Assembly (NCBI GenBank): GCA_965248435.1
Contig: OZ252100.1
Location: 2,368,001-2,432,000, forward strand
Reading direction: 5' to 3'
DNA: 64,000 bases
From: Candidatus Latescibacterota bacterium
Lineage (GTDB): Bacteria > Latescibacterota > UBA2968 > GCA-2709665
The notes beneath the pieces are model-generated. The model made no database searches and had not been told where the DNA came from. It worked only from the letters and a program-made list of their open reading frames with translations. Of this stretch, positions 20,591 through 29,274 are shown piece after piece. Position numbers and translations under genes: made by a program. The first letter of the stretch is position 1; every line of letters starts with the position of its first letter.

Positions 20591-22039
20591 ATGAGAAATC
20601 CACCTGAAGCGCTGAAGATCGAATTCTTCGAGGGTCTGCCGGAAAATGACGTGAGCCGTGTCCTCGATCTCGCGACACAGAGATCATACTCAGACGGCCA
20701 GGTCATCATCGCCGAGGGAGAAGAGGGCGACACCCTCTTCATCGTCGCATCCGGGCGGGTCAGCGTCGAAAAGGCGACCATCGACCGAAAGCTGGAGACA
20801 CTCACAACGCTGGGACCGGGAGAGTGCTTCGGTGAGCTCGCGCTCGTCGATCGCCAGCCCAGGAGTGCGACCATAAGGGCGATCGGTCAGGCCGAGGTTT
20901 ACCGAATCACCCTGGCCGACCTGAACGCCCTGTTCGCTCAGAACCCGGAAATCCAGTGCCGGCTCCTGCAGCGGTTGGTCTCCATCACCGCACAGCGGCT
21001 CCGCCTGGTCGATGAAACGCTCGTTCAGTCCATCTACGACACGATCATCACTATCGATCGGTCATTTGTTATCCTGCAGCGAAACCAGGTCACGAAGGAG
21101 CGCGGCCTTCTCGGAAGGATCGTTGCCGCCGACGAGGCGGTCGGCAAGGACCTCTTCCAGCTGGTACCGCACCTGGGAGAGGGCGTCCGGCGAAAACTCC
21201 TGCAGGTGATGAGTTCGAGGGAGATCGCCACGCTTCATCTGGACCATAAGGAAGACAAGGGGAACACAGTCTATCTGGAAATCACCGTCGCGCCGCGATT
21301 GGAAGACGGCCGGGTAGTGGGGGCCGTCCTGGGAATCCGCAACGTGACGGAGACAAAGAGCCTCGAGGTTCAGCTGATTCAGGCGGAAAAATTGGCGATG
21401 GCCGGCCGGATGGCCGCTGAAGTCGGGCACGAGTTGAACAACTATCTCGCCGTCATTTCAGGCCACACCGATATCCTCCTATCCTACGAGGACGTCCAGA
21501 AGATGGAGCCCGTTTCGAAGAGCCTGAAAGCCATCTCCGGTCAGATTCGCCGGATCGAAAGATTCACTGCCGGATTGATGGACATGGGCATGCTGCAGTC
21601 CAAAACGGAGGAGGCGAACCTCAACCCACTCATAGAGAAACTGATCGATTTTATCCAGGGCCAGAGCAGATTTCGCAGCACCGAGTTCGTGTTGAACCTG
21701 GATCGCGAAATCCCCACGCTCGAGATCGATCCCGGTCAGATTCAACAGGTCCTTTTGAACCTCTACGCCAACGCGGCAGACGCGATGGGTCACGGCCAGG
21801 TGACCACCGAAACTCGCCTGAACGGAAATGAGGTCATCGCGGAGGTCCGGGACGATGGTCCCGGGATGCCTGAAGAGGTCCGCAGCCGGATATTCGAGTC
21901 CGGATTCACCACCAAATCGACCGGACACGGCTTCGGACTTGCTCTCTGCCAGAGGGTCGTCCAGAACCACAACGGCTCTCTCGCCGTAGAGAGTAAGCCC
22001 GGGAAGGGTACCTGTTTTACCCTCACCTTCCAGGTGTAA
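20591..22039 (+). CDS. Cytoplasmic cNMP-binding / PAS / histidine kinase
   Basis: FGELALVDRQPRSATI phosphate-binding cassette; H-box EVGHELNNYL; QQVLLNLYANAADAM, DDGPGM, GHGFGL. Confidence 0.93.
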   Translation: MRNPPEALKIEFFEGLPENDVSRVLDLATQRSYSDGQVIIAEGEEGDTLFIVASGRVSVEKATIDRKLETLTTLGPGECFGELALVDRQPRSATIRAIGQAEVYRITLADLNALFAQNPEIQCRLLQRLVSITAQRLRLVDETLVQSIYDTIITIDRSFVILQRNQVTKERGLLGRIVAADEAVGKDLFQLVPHLGEGVRRKLLQVMSSREIATLHLDHKEDKGNTVYLEITVAPRLEDGRVVGAVLGIRNVTETKSLEVQLIQAEKLAMAGRMAAEVGHELNNYLAVISGHTDILLSYEDVQKMEPVSKSLKAISGQIRRIERFTAGLMDMGMLQSKTEEANLNPLIEKLIDFIQGQSRFRSTEFVLNLDREIPTLEIDPGQIQQVLLNLYANAADAMGHGQVTTETRLNGNEVIAEVRDDGPGMPEEVRSRIFESGFTTKSTGHGFGLALCQRVVQNHNGSLAVESKPGKGTCFTLTFQV

Positions 22040-22071
22040 CCCCCCTTTACTCCTTCTATCGGCCGCATAAA

Positions 22072-22154
22072 GGCGGACGGCAGACGACGGACGGCAGACC
22101 GCCAGGTAGAGCACCGGTTGCTCGAGGCTTAAGCGGTCCGCGGTCCGTTGTCGT
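22072..22154. repeat. GAC(G/C)RCR-heptamer inverted-arm element, copy 1
   Basis: GGCGGACGGCAGACGACGGACGGCAGACCGC ... GCGGTCCGCGGTCCGTTGTCG. Confidence 0.75.
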
Positions 22155-22226
22155 GCATAGCGGCTTTTCCAAACGTCCGCCTGGAAAAAATTTCCCGCCT
22201 CCCGGACTCAAAGCGCGTCTTTTTTC

Positions 22227-22265
22227 AAGGGACACAGGGTCACATTTGACCCTATTGTGTCCCTT
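22227..22265. promoter_or_regulatory. Palindrome, candidate enhancer-binding-protein site
   Basis: AAGGGACACA-GGGTCA-catt-TGACCC-tat-TGTGTCCCTT upstream of a sigma54 motif and an AT-rich tract. Confidence 0.45.
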
Positions 22266-22307
22266 ATTTATTTAATAACAGTGTCTTATACCAAAATCTG
22301 CTCGGTC

Positions 22308-22323
22308 TGGCACGGCCGTTGCA
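22308..22323 (+). promoter_or_regulatory. Sigma54 (-24/-12) promoter
   Basis: TGGCACGGCCGTTGCA matches TGGCAC-N5-TTGCA exactly, with correct GG-GC spacing; preceded by an AT-rich tract at 22264-22290. Confidence 0.8.
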
Positions 22324-22365
22324 GAGGTGAATCGCATCGACTCGGAAAGGATCTTCTAAGTGAGT

Positions 22366-22506
22366 ATGAATACGACGTTTATGATTATCTCTCTGTTGGG
22401 CGGCCTGGGGTTTCTGGTCTTCATCAGCGTGGCCATTCTGAACAGGCTGGAGGAGCTCGGAATCAAGGCTAAAGGAAATTTGGGGCCTGCCGATATCTCC
22501 AAATAG
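22366..22506 (+). CDS. Small single-TM protein, 46 aa (not in ORF track)
   Basis: MNTTFMIISLLGGLGFLVFISVAILNRLEELGIKAKGNLGPADISK*; follows the sigma54 promoter. Confidence 0.55.
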   Translation: MNTTFMIISLLGGLGFLVFISVAILNRLEELGIKAKGNLGPADISK

Positions 22507-22540
22507 GACCTGACCCGAAAAGCGAAAAGGCAATACCCCC

Positions 22541-22720
22541 ATGAGCAATCAAGATCGACAACTCGCAGTCCTCTACTGGCAGCTCCAGCGGAAGGTGCAC
22601 ACCAATCCGAGGGTGAGAAAGCACCTCTCTGCGCTCACACGACTCCTGAAGAAGCGCCAAATCCAACCCGCCGACTTGAATGAGGTGGGACTGGACCTCG
22701 TCGCTCAGGATCAGTTCTAA
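22541..22720 (+). CDS. Small helical protein, 59 aa (not in ORF track)
   Basis: MSNQDRQLAVLYWQLQRKVHTNPRVRKHLSALTRLLKKRQIQPADLNEVGLDLVAQDQF*; AAAAGG upstream, terminator downstream. Confidence 0.65.
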   Translation: MSNQDRQLAVLYWQLQRKVHTNPRVRKHLSALTRLLKKRQIQPADLNEVGLDLVAQDQF

Positions 22721-22751
22721 ACCTACCTCCTACATCTAAAATTCATCTCAA

Positions 22752-22785
22752 AGCGTCAGTGCAAGGCGGCTGACGCTGTTTTCTT
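22752..22785 (+). terminator. Intrinsic terminator after the small ORFs
   Basis: AGCGTCAG...CTGACGCT then GTTTTCTT. Confidence 0.65.
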
Positions 22786-22811
22786 GTACGCCCCCTCAGA
22801 TACTTTTTCAC

Positions 22812-22840
22812 TTGCCTACTCCACTGTAATGAATTAAGTT
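22812..22840 (+). promoter_or_regulatory. Sigma70-type promoter of the tRNA
   Basis: TTGCCT-17 nt-TAAGTT about 30 nt upstream of the tRNA. Confidence 0.5.
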
Positions 22841-22869
22841 ACGTCCCTGAGGGGGAAGGGCCCGAGAGA

Positions 22870-22958
22870 GCGAAAGTGGCGGAACTTGGTAGACGCGCCA
22901 GATTTAGGATCTGGTGGGCTTGCTGCCCGTGGGGGTTCGAGTCCCCCCTTTCGCACCA
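22870..22958 (+). tRNA. tRNA-Leu (anticodon TAG)
   Basis: Acceptor GCGAAAG/CTTTCGC+ACCA, anticodon arm CCAGA-TTTAGGA-TCTGG, long variable arm, GGGGGTTCGAGTCCCCC T arm. Confidence 0.97.
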
Positions 22959-22977
22959 AAACGGGCGGTTTCGACGG

Positions 22978-23001
22978 CTTCCAGACGGGAGCCCTTTTTT
23001 T
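22978..23001 (+). terminator. Intrinsic terminator after the tRNA
   Basis: GGCTTCC-AGAC-GGGAGCC then a T run. Confidence 0.6.
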
Positions 23002-23042
23002 GTTGCGGAGGGGATGTAGGGAAAGGGCCTGCGCTCCGGGAC

Positions 23043-23534
23043 CTATTCTTCCGCTTCGGCCCCGGCATCCTGATCCTTAATCATGCGGGTCAGGTAGCGG
23101 ATTTCCTGGTTTGAAGATCGTAGGCGCTCGGAGAGGATACCGATGAGATTGCGGGAGATGACGAGTTCGACGTCTGGATTCTGCCGCAGGAACATATTAA
23201 GCCTGGATTTCCCCAGAACAAGGAGGGTTGAAGGCTCGCCGGCGAGCACCGTGGCCGATCGCGGTTCTCCTGTAAAGATCCCCATTTCGCCCATCGGGGC
23301 GATCGGTTCGATCAAGGCAATCTGAGTCCCGTCTTCATTGCGCACGGAAAGCTTCCCTGACAGCAGGATGAACATCTCCTCGCTTCCCTCCCCGATCTTG
23401 CACAACTGCTCCCTGGCGGCGATGGACCGTCGTTCGCACGACTTCAAAAGGGCCATCCCCTGTTTGGGTTTAAGACCTTCGAAGAGGGGAATGCGCCGTA
23501 TCGCGGCGACGAAATGAGAAGGATCAAGCTCCAA
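23043..23534 (-). CDS. Stand-alone cyclic nucleotide-binding domain protein
   Basis: IPLFEGL, MFILLSGKLSV, MGEMGIFTGEPRSATV; no HTH; TTG start with GGAGG. Confidence 0.9.
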   Translation of the reverse strand: MELDPSHFVAAIRRIPLFEGLKPKQGMALLKSCERRSIAAREQLCKIGEGSEEMFILLSGKLSVRNEDGTQIALIEPIAPMGEMGIFTGEPRSATVLAGEPSTLLVLGKSRLNMFLRQNPDVELVISRNLIGILSERLRSSNQEIRYLTRMIKDQDAGAEAEE

Positions 23535-23696
23535 TCTTCCCTCCGGGCGATTCAGGTGTAACTTTCTGGCTTTGTAAGGTACTACCGAGCCGGTTTCTCA
23601 GCCCGATATGACCAAATATTGGCCATCCTGCAGGCGATGTCAAGTCAGCGACCGGCCTGGGGGTCGGAGCTGCACAGCCAGGATCTGGAGTATCCA

Positions 23697-24965
23697 GTGG
23701 AAAAAATCGGATTTTTGACTGAGACTCAGGTCCGAGAGATCCAGGAGGCCTACGGGACACCCGTCTTCGTTTACGACCAGGAGACCCTGGAAGACCAGGC
23801 CAGGCAGGCCCTCGACTTTCCAAGCCCTTTCGGGCTGACGGCTCGATACGCGATGAAGGCCTTGCCCACGGGTGCCATCCTCCGTGTCCTGAACCGTGCG
23901 GGCATGCACATCGACGCCAGTTCGGGATTCGAGGCCCACCGTGCCCTGCGGGCAGGCGTGCCCCCTTCCCACATCCTCCTGACCGCTCAACAACAACCTG
24001 AAGACCTGAGAGCACTCCTGGCTCAAGGCGTCGGTTTCAACGCCGGATCGCTCCGACAGCTCGACCTCTTCGGAGAACGTTACCCTGGGCGAGAGGTGAC
24101 CATAAGGATAAACCCGGGCCTCGGTTCGGGCCACAACAACCGGACCAACGTCGGCGGTCCGGCCTCCAGCTTCGGCATCTGGCACAGCGACCTGGACCGC
24201 GTCGCAGAAATCCAGACGAAGCACGACCTCAAGATCACGCGCCTCCATACGCATATCGGGTCGGGCGCAGACCCGCAGATCTGGGAGCGCTGCGCCCAAC
24301 TCTCCCTCAACATCGCATCCCGTCTTCCGGACGTGCAGACGGTGAACCTGGGTGGTGGCTTCAAGGTCGGGCGGATGCCCGATGAACCCTCGGCCGACCT
24401 CCAGAAGATCGGACATCGGGTGGCCGAAGCCGTCACAGACTTCCACCGGCAGCACGGCCGAAAGCTGAAGCTCGAAATCGAGCCGGGAACCTTCATCGTC
24501 GCGAGGGCCGGAGCCTTGATCTTCACTGTGATCGACACTGCGGACACCGGCCCAGACGGCTATGCCTTCTTGAAAACCGACGGGGGCATGACCGAGATCT
24601 TGAGGCCCAGTCTGTATGGCGCGCAGCATCCCATCTGGGTCGTGCCGGCGCAACCCGAGACGCGGAGTACAAAACCCGTTCTGGTTGTCGGCCACTGCTG
24701 TGAGAGCGGGGACCTCCTCACGCCGGAACCCGGCAACCCAGAGGCGCTCGACCCGCGAGAACTCCCCGAAGCCAGAGTCGGAGATGCCCTGGTCGTGGGT
24801 GGCGTCGGGGCATACTGCTCTGGGATGTCCGCGAAGAATTACAACTCCTTCACTGAGGCCGCCGAAGTCTTGGTTGGCAGGGACGGGGGGCTTCATCTCA
24901 TCCGAAAGCGGCAGACCCTCGACCAGCTCATCACCAACGAACGGTTCCCAGAACAATCGGACTAG
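23697..24965 (+). CDS. lysA: Diaminopimelate decarboxylase (probable GTG start 23697)
   Basis: YGTPVFVYD, YAMKA (PLP Lys), HTHIGSG, NLGGGF, IEPG, HCCESGD, GAY. Confidence 0.92.
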   Translation: MEKIGFLTETQVREIQEAYGTPVFVYDQETLEDQARQALDFPSPFGLTARYAMKALPTGAILRVLNRAGMHIDASSGFEAHRALRAGVPPSHILLTAQQQPEDLRALLAQGVGFNAGSLRQLDLFGERYPGREVTIRINPGLGSGHNNRTNVGGPASSFGIWHSDLDRVAEIQTKHDLKITRLHTHIGSGADPQIWERCAQLSLNIASRLPDVQTVNLGGGFKVGRMPDEPSADLQKIGHRVAEAVTDFHRQHGRKLKLEIEPGTFIVARAGALIFTVIDTADTGPDGYAFLKTDGGMTEILRPSLYGAQHPIWVVPAQPETRSTKPVLVVGHCCESGDLLTPEPGNPEALDPRELPEARVGDALVVGGVGAYCSGMSAKNYNSFTEAAEVLVGRDGGLHLIRKRQTLDQLITNERFPEQSD

Positions 24966-25006
24966 GGTTTTTGTCTCGCGATTTTTTTGTCGGCGAGATT
25001 TTCTCC

Positions 25007-25107
25007 GATTCTGGAGTATTGCAGTAATGGAGTGTTGGGGTGTTGGAAGCACCAGGATATTCACATGGTTTCCCATTACTCCAACACTCCACTACTCCAT
25101 TCCCCCA
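25007..25107. repeat. GGAGTRTT-octamer inverted-arm element, copy 1
   Basis: GATTCTGGAGTATTGCAGTAATGGAGTGTTGGGGTGTTGG ... CCCATTACTCCAACACTCCACTACTCCATTCCCC; second copy at 49783-49869. Confidence 0.8.
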
Positions 25108-25193
25108 GCACTCGCGCGTTTCTAATATGAGATACGTTCTCGTTCTTTCTGCAATCCGCAATTGAATAACCTGACCTAGGAGAAACGACGCTC

Positions 25194-26621
25194 ATGGCCG
25201 GTATCTACCGACCACTCGACGATTTCAAGGTGAAGGACGTTCCAGAAAGGAGGCTCCCATTCTGGAAGATGGCCGGTCCCGGTGCCATTCTCGTCGGTCT
25301 GTCGATCGGCGCCGGAGAAATCATCATCTGGCCCAGAATCGTTGCGGAGTTCGGGGGGAGCATGATCTGGGCAGCGGTCCTCGGCATCTTCCTCCAGCTC
25401 TGGATCAACTTTGAAGTCGGTCGCTGGACGATTGCCACCGGAGAGACGGTCTACACAGGCTACAGCAGGGTCTGGCGTGGTTTTGCCCCGTTCTTTCTAG
25501 GGCTCACGCTCTTCAGCTGGATCGCCCCCGGCTGGGGGCGGGCTTCCGGGCTTGCGTTAAAGGCCCTGCTCGTCGGGCCTGCCGGCTCGGGTTCGGACAC
25601 CTTCTGGACCGCGATCGCCTTTGTCGGGGTCGCCCTGGTCCTGTTCGGCCCAAAATTGATCTATCAGTCCCTCGAGCGCACGGTCGAGCTTCTGGTCGTC
25701 GTCGTCACCGTCGGCCTGATCATCGTCGCCTTCGCGGTCGGCTCGGCCGATACGTGGATAGAGCTCGGGTCGGGAATCGTCAACGTCGGTTATATAGACC
25801 CTGGAATGAACATCAAAGCGATGTTCATCTCTATCGTGTTCGCCGGGGCCGGCGGCACGGCGAACCTCTTCTATACCTTCTATCTGCGCGACAAGCATAT
25901 CGGAATGGGCGCACACTTGCCCTCCATGCAAAACCCGCTGAGGGGGCGGACCGAAACGATTCCCTCCACGGGCTTCCGGTTCGAGGAAACAGAAGAGAAC
26001 ATAAAGCGCCTGTCCGCCTGGTGGGATTACATCAAGAAGGACCAGCTCCTCTTCTTCTGGGGCCTGAACACCGTAACTATCTTGCTCTTCATCTTCGGGG
26101 CCCTGGCCGTCCTGCACCCTCAGGGAATCGTCCCGGCCAAGGGGACTTTGATCTGGGACGAGGCCCAGGTACTGGGCGAGGTCTGGGGAGACACCGGACG
26201 CTACATCTTCCTCGTCGTCGGCCTGGCCACGCTCTTCAGTACCCAACTCGGAATCGTGGACGGCGTGGCAAGATCCATTTCCGACATCGTCTATACCAAT
26301 TTCAGAGGGGCACAGAAGAGAGATCAGAGCTGGTGGTATCTGCTCGTGGCCGGGATCTGGATGGTGGCCGGCTGCCTGATTACCTACGTGATGGAGCAGA
26401 AGGGCGTGAGCGAACTCGGGTTTCTCTTCAACGCCGCCTATATCGGCGGGTTTGCCATGGCGGTCTATGTACCGCTGACCCTATACATCAATCATCGTTT
26501 TCTACCAAAGTCCGCTCGTCCGGGCAAGCTTTGCAGCCTGATGGTGGGAATCGGCTCGATCGTCTACATCACCTTTGCGATTTCCTGCATCATTTGGGAG
26601 ATCGGGCAAATCGGCACCTAG
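25194..26621 (+). CDS. Nramp-like / APC-superfamily transporter
   Basis: GPGAILVGLSIGAGE, EVGRWTIATGE, about 11 TM helices. Confidence 0.85.
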   Translation: MAGIYRPLDDFKVKDVPERRLPFWKMAGPGAILVGLSIGAGEIIIWPRIVAEFGGSMIWAAVLGIFLQLWINFEVGRWTIATGETVYTGYSRVWRGFAPFFLGLTLFSWIAPGWGRASGLALKALLVGPAGSGSDTFWTAIAFVGVALVLFGPKLIYQSLERTVELLVVVVTVGLIIVAFAVGSADTWIELGSGIVNVGYIDPGMNIKAMFISIVFAGAGGTANLFYTFYLRDKHIGMGAHLPSMQNPLRGRTETIPSTGFRFEETEENIKRLSAWWDYIKKDQLLFFWGLNTVTILLFIFGALAVLHPQGIVPAKGTLIWDEAQVLGEVWGDTGRYIFLVVGLATLFSTQLGIVDGVARSISDIVYTNFRGAQKRDQSWWYLLVAGIWMVAGCLITYVMEQKGVSELGFLFNAAYIGGFAMAVYVPLTLYINHRFLPKSARPGKLCSLMVGIGSIVYITFAISCIIWEIGQIGT

Positions 26622-26643
26622 CCTGCGATTCTGGTGAAACCGC

Positions 26644-26672
26644 TTGACTTTCAGAGCTCCTCCGCGCATCAT
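26644..26672 (+). promoter_or_regulatory. Possible sigma70 promoter
   Basis: TTGACT-17 nt-CATCAT. Confidence 0.4.
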
Positions 26673-26731
26673 GCTTCATCCCCAATCGCCCGGCCCGTCG
26701 GGAGGCCAGAAGACCAATCGCAAAGGACATA

Positions 26732-26758
26732 CCGCACCTCCCAGGAGGTGCGGCTTTT
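26732..26758 (+). terminator. Terminator-like hairpin just upstream of the cNMP gene
   Basis: CCGCACCTC-CCAG-GAGGTGCGG-CTTTT, about 20 nt before ATG 26780. Confidence 0.65.
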
Positions 26759-26779
26759 GGTTTCTAAACCGAGAAACGC

Positions 26780-27256
26780 ATGGCAGCGAGCGACAATGCA
26801 AAAATCGTGGAGAAGATCCCTTTCTTCCGCGGGCTCTCCCCCAATCAGGTCAAACAGATCCTCAACGCCGGGCAGATGTCCGCCTACGAGCAGGGACACA
26901 TCCTTGCCAACGATGGGGACAAGAGCACCGCGATGTATATCCTCCTCACAGGTTCGCTGGCCATCAAGTCGAGCGAGGTCGAACTCGCGAGGGTCCGGGC
27001 CGTGGACATCGTGGGAGAGATGGGTGTCGTGACCAACGAACCGCGCTGTGCCACGATCGAAGTCGCCGAGGGGGCCTCGGTGATGCTCATCAGCAAGATA
27101 CAATTCGACGCGATCCTCAGGAAAGACGTGGATATGGCCGCAAAGATCTACAGGAACATGGTAAATTCACTCTGCCAGAAGCTCAGGGAGAACAACGCCC
27201 AGCTGGCGCAGAGCCGCTCCGAGGCGGAGCGCGAAATGGCGGCATCCGCAGTATAG
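26780..27256 (+). CDS. Stand-alone cyclic nucleotide-binding domain protein
   Basis: IPFFRGL, MYILLTGSL, VGEMGVVTNEPRCATI; no HTH. Confidence 0.9.
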   Translation: MAASDNAKIVEKIPFFRGLSPNQVKQILNAGQMSAYEQGHILANDGDKSTAMYILLTGSLAIKSSEVELARVRAVDIVGEMGVVTNEPRCATIEVAEGASVMLISKIQFDAILRKDVDMAAKIYRNMVNSLCQKLRENNAQLAQSRSEAEREMAASAV

Positions 27257-27276
27257 AAACTAATGCACTTGTGAAC

Positions 27277-27371
27277 GACCGCGGACGACAGACGGCGGAC
27301 AGCTAAAGACCCAAGGATTGCGCTACTCATCCCGCCGCCTGCGGTCTGCCGTCCGTGGTCTGTGGTCTGCC
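27277..27371. repeat. GAC(G/C)RCR-heptamer inverted-arm element, copy 2
   Basis: GACCGCGGACGACAGACGGCGGAC ... GCGGTCTGCCGTCCGTGGTCTGTGGTCTGCC. Confidence 0.75.
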
Positions 27372-27394
27372 AAGCCCTTAACTGAGGCACCACA

Positions 27395-28258
27395 ATGGAT
27401 CGAGAAGAGATCAAACTCGCCATTCGGAACATCAAGAACCTTCCGACGCTGCCCATCATCGTCACGCGCATCCTCCGGGTCGCGACCGACAGCGGGTCCA
27501 GCGCCAACGAACTGGCCGAGCTCATTTCGCGCGACATGTCCGTTTCGGCGAAGGTACTCAACCTGGCGAATTCCGCCTTCTACGGATTCTCGAGTCGAAT
27601 CGCGACCATCCCGCAGGCTGTCGTCGTGCTCGGCTTCGGAACGGTTCGAAGCCTTGCGCTCGGCGTCTCCGTCTTCGACACGATGCATCAGGCGGCCGGT
27701 GGGAAGAGCTTCGACCGTGAAGCCTTCTGGATCCATTCGATCGGTTGTGGAACGGCCTGCAAACTCATCGCCCGGACCCTAGGCCAGAAAGACATCGGCA
27801 CGCCCTTTGTGGCCGGACTCCTGCACGACCTGGGTAAGCTCATCCTGGACACCCACTTCCACGAACAGTACGGGCAGGTGGTTCAGAAGCTGACAGATGA
27901 GGGGTGTTCAACGAATCATGCCGAAACCGAGGTGTTTGGCATCGATCACGCAGAGGTCGGCGGCTGGCTTGCCACGCGGTGGCGGTTCCCCGACATCCTG
28001 GTCGCCCCGATCGAATCGCATCATAATCTCGTGCCGATGGATGAGGACACGCTGAACGACGTCTTACTGGTCTACCTGGGCAACATCATGACAAAGCGGG
28101 CCGACATCGGGCTCTCTTATGAAAAGGACGTCGCTCAAATAGATGAAAGGATCGAATCCAACCTGAAACTCTCCACAGAGAAGATCGCACAACTGGAGAA
28201 GGAGCTGGATGGGGAGAAGGAGCAGATCCAGGAATTCTTCAACATGCTGACAGAATAG
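27395..28258 (+). CDS. HDOD domain protein
   Basis: LPTLP, KVLNLANSAFYG, FWIHS, AGLLHDLGKL, DHAEVGGWLATRWRFP. Confidence 0.93.
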   Translation: MDREEIKLAIRNIKNLPTLPIIVTRILRVATDSGSSANELAELISRDMSVSAKVLNLANSAFYGFSSRIATIPQAVVVLGFGTVRSLALGVSVFDTMHQAAGGKSFDREAFWIHSIGCGTACKLIARTLGQKDIGTPFVAGLLHDLGKLILDTHFHEQYGQVVQKLTDEGCSTNHAETEVFGIDHAEVGGWLATRWRFPDILVAPIESHHNLVPMDEDTLNDVLLVYLGNIMTKRADIGLSYEKDVAQIDERIESNLKLSTEKIAQLEKELDGEKEQIQEFFNMLTE

Positions 28259-28300
28259 ATCCGCCGTCACCTGAGCGGACAGCGGACTGCCGATCAAAAC

Positions 28301-28344
28301 AAAAGGGGCTTGCGTTCCCGTAGGACGCGAGCCCCTATCCTTTT
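28301..28344. terminator. Probable bidirectional terminator between convergent genes
   Basis: AAAAGGGGCTTGCGTTCC-CGTA-GGACGCGAGCCCCT...TTTT. Confidence 0.65.
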
Positions 28345-28365
28345 CTGCCAAACTGTGCGCTTTGT

Positions 28366-28686
28366 TTAGAAAGATTCTCCTTCTTGCACACCCAGAATCT
28401 GATCGATGTCGCTCCAGATGTTTCTGTGAATCTTGACTCGATCTCCCCGGATGAACTGATGCTTCCAATACTCTACGAGTGACGTCGTAAAATTAATCGG
28501 AATCGCAGTCTTGCTCGGCGGCAGCCTGTGAACCGGTTTTTCGAGGACGCCCTCAGCGATCGATCGCTGGATGCTCCTGTAGATCCACTCCACCGTCAGC
28601 CCGTGTTCAAACCCCCGGTGGGCAACGTGGATCGGCGCGAGTTCCGTTAAGCTCCCTACATCTAAAGTCGCAAGTTCCATTGCCAT
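28366..28686 (-). CDS. Hypothetical protein, 106 aa
   Basis: Start overlaps the stop of the upstream ORF (TAATG); ends at the terminator. Confidence 0.65.
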   Translation of the reverse strand: MAMELATLDVGSLTELAPIHVAHRGFEHGLTVEWIYRSIQRSIAEGVLEKPVHRLPPSKTAIPINFTTSLVEYWKHQFIRGDRVKIHRNIWSDIDQILGVQEGESF

Positions 28687-29018
28687 TATCTTACCCTGCT
28701 CTCCTTGAGCCGGTCCTTGTTCACTCTCAACTCGATCCGTTTCCTGATCTTCTCGACATCCTCCACCTGGTCCTTCAGCGCGGCCACCTTATCGGGCAGT
28801 TTGGAGACAACGTCCCGCAGGTCGGGTATGCGCGCGCGAACCTCGTCTCGGGATTCTTTCTCCGCATCCACTTCTCGCTGTAAATCGCCTGCCGATGTTT
28901 GCAGCTCCCCGATTCTCAGGAGTGTATTTCGCTCGAAATCAAGATAGTCGGCAATCACCCTGGCCGCGTAGACCATCGCCCCGCAGATCACCGCAAAAAG
29001 GACCCATGCCATGCGCAA
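28686..29018 (-). CDS. Hypothetical membrane-anchored coiled-coil protein
   Basis: N-terminal hydrophobic helix then heptad-rich region; GGGGAG upstream. Confidence 0.7.
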   Translation of the reverse strand: MRMAWVLFAVICGAMVYAARVIADYLDFERNTLLRIGELQTSAGDLQREVDAEKESRDEVRARIPDLRDVVSKLPDKVAALKDQVEDVEKIRKRIELRVNKDRLKESRVR

Positions 29019-29141
29019 ACTCCCCGACGCGCAAGTGAGGGGAATCTTTCCAGGGGGAGGACAACTGGAGAAACTGACGTGGAGAAATGCTACTCAGGGG
29101 AACGGTTCTGCTGATGGGGGGATGAATAGGAAGATGAATAT

Positions 29142-29170
29142 ACTATATGCAAAGAAAGGGATTTCGTCAA
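29142..29170 (-). promoter_or_regulatory. Sigma70 promoter
   Basis: Minus strand TTGACG-17 nt-TATAGT. Confidence 0.65.
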
Positions 29171-29175
29171 GGAGG

Positions 29176-29272
29176 CCGTATCGCGTGAAGCGTATCTCGT
29201 CAGACGTGTTTGGCGGATTCATCCACCTGAACTCCGGCCATTTGGTAGACCAGATATACGAGATAAGGATAT
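29176..29272. repeat. GAGATAC-heptamer inverted-arm element, copy 2
   Basis: CCGTATCGCGTGAAGCGTATCTCGTC ... ATATACGAGATAAGGATAT; matches 6728-6850. Confidence 0.6.
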
Positions 29273-29274
29273 GT

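Noticed and set aside
22870-23043. tRNA-Leu as an integration site
   Set aside because: No integrase nearby, and no duplicate of the tRNA 3' end was seen elsewhere in the window
23640-25076. Long antisense ORFs (23640-25076, 56033-57706, 50086-51234, 47939-48994 and others)
   Set aside because: Shadow frames of well-supported genes in GC-rich DNA, with no motifs
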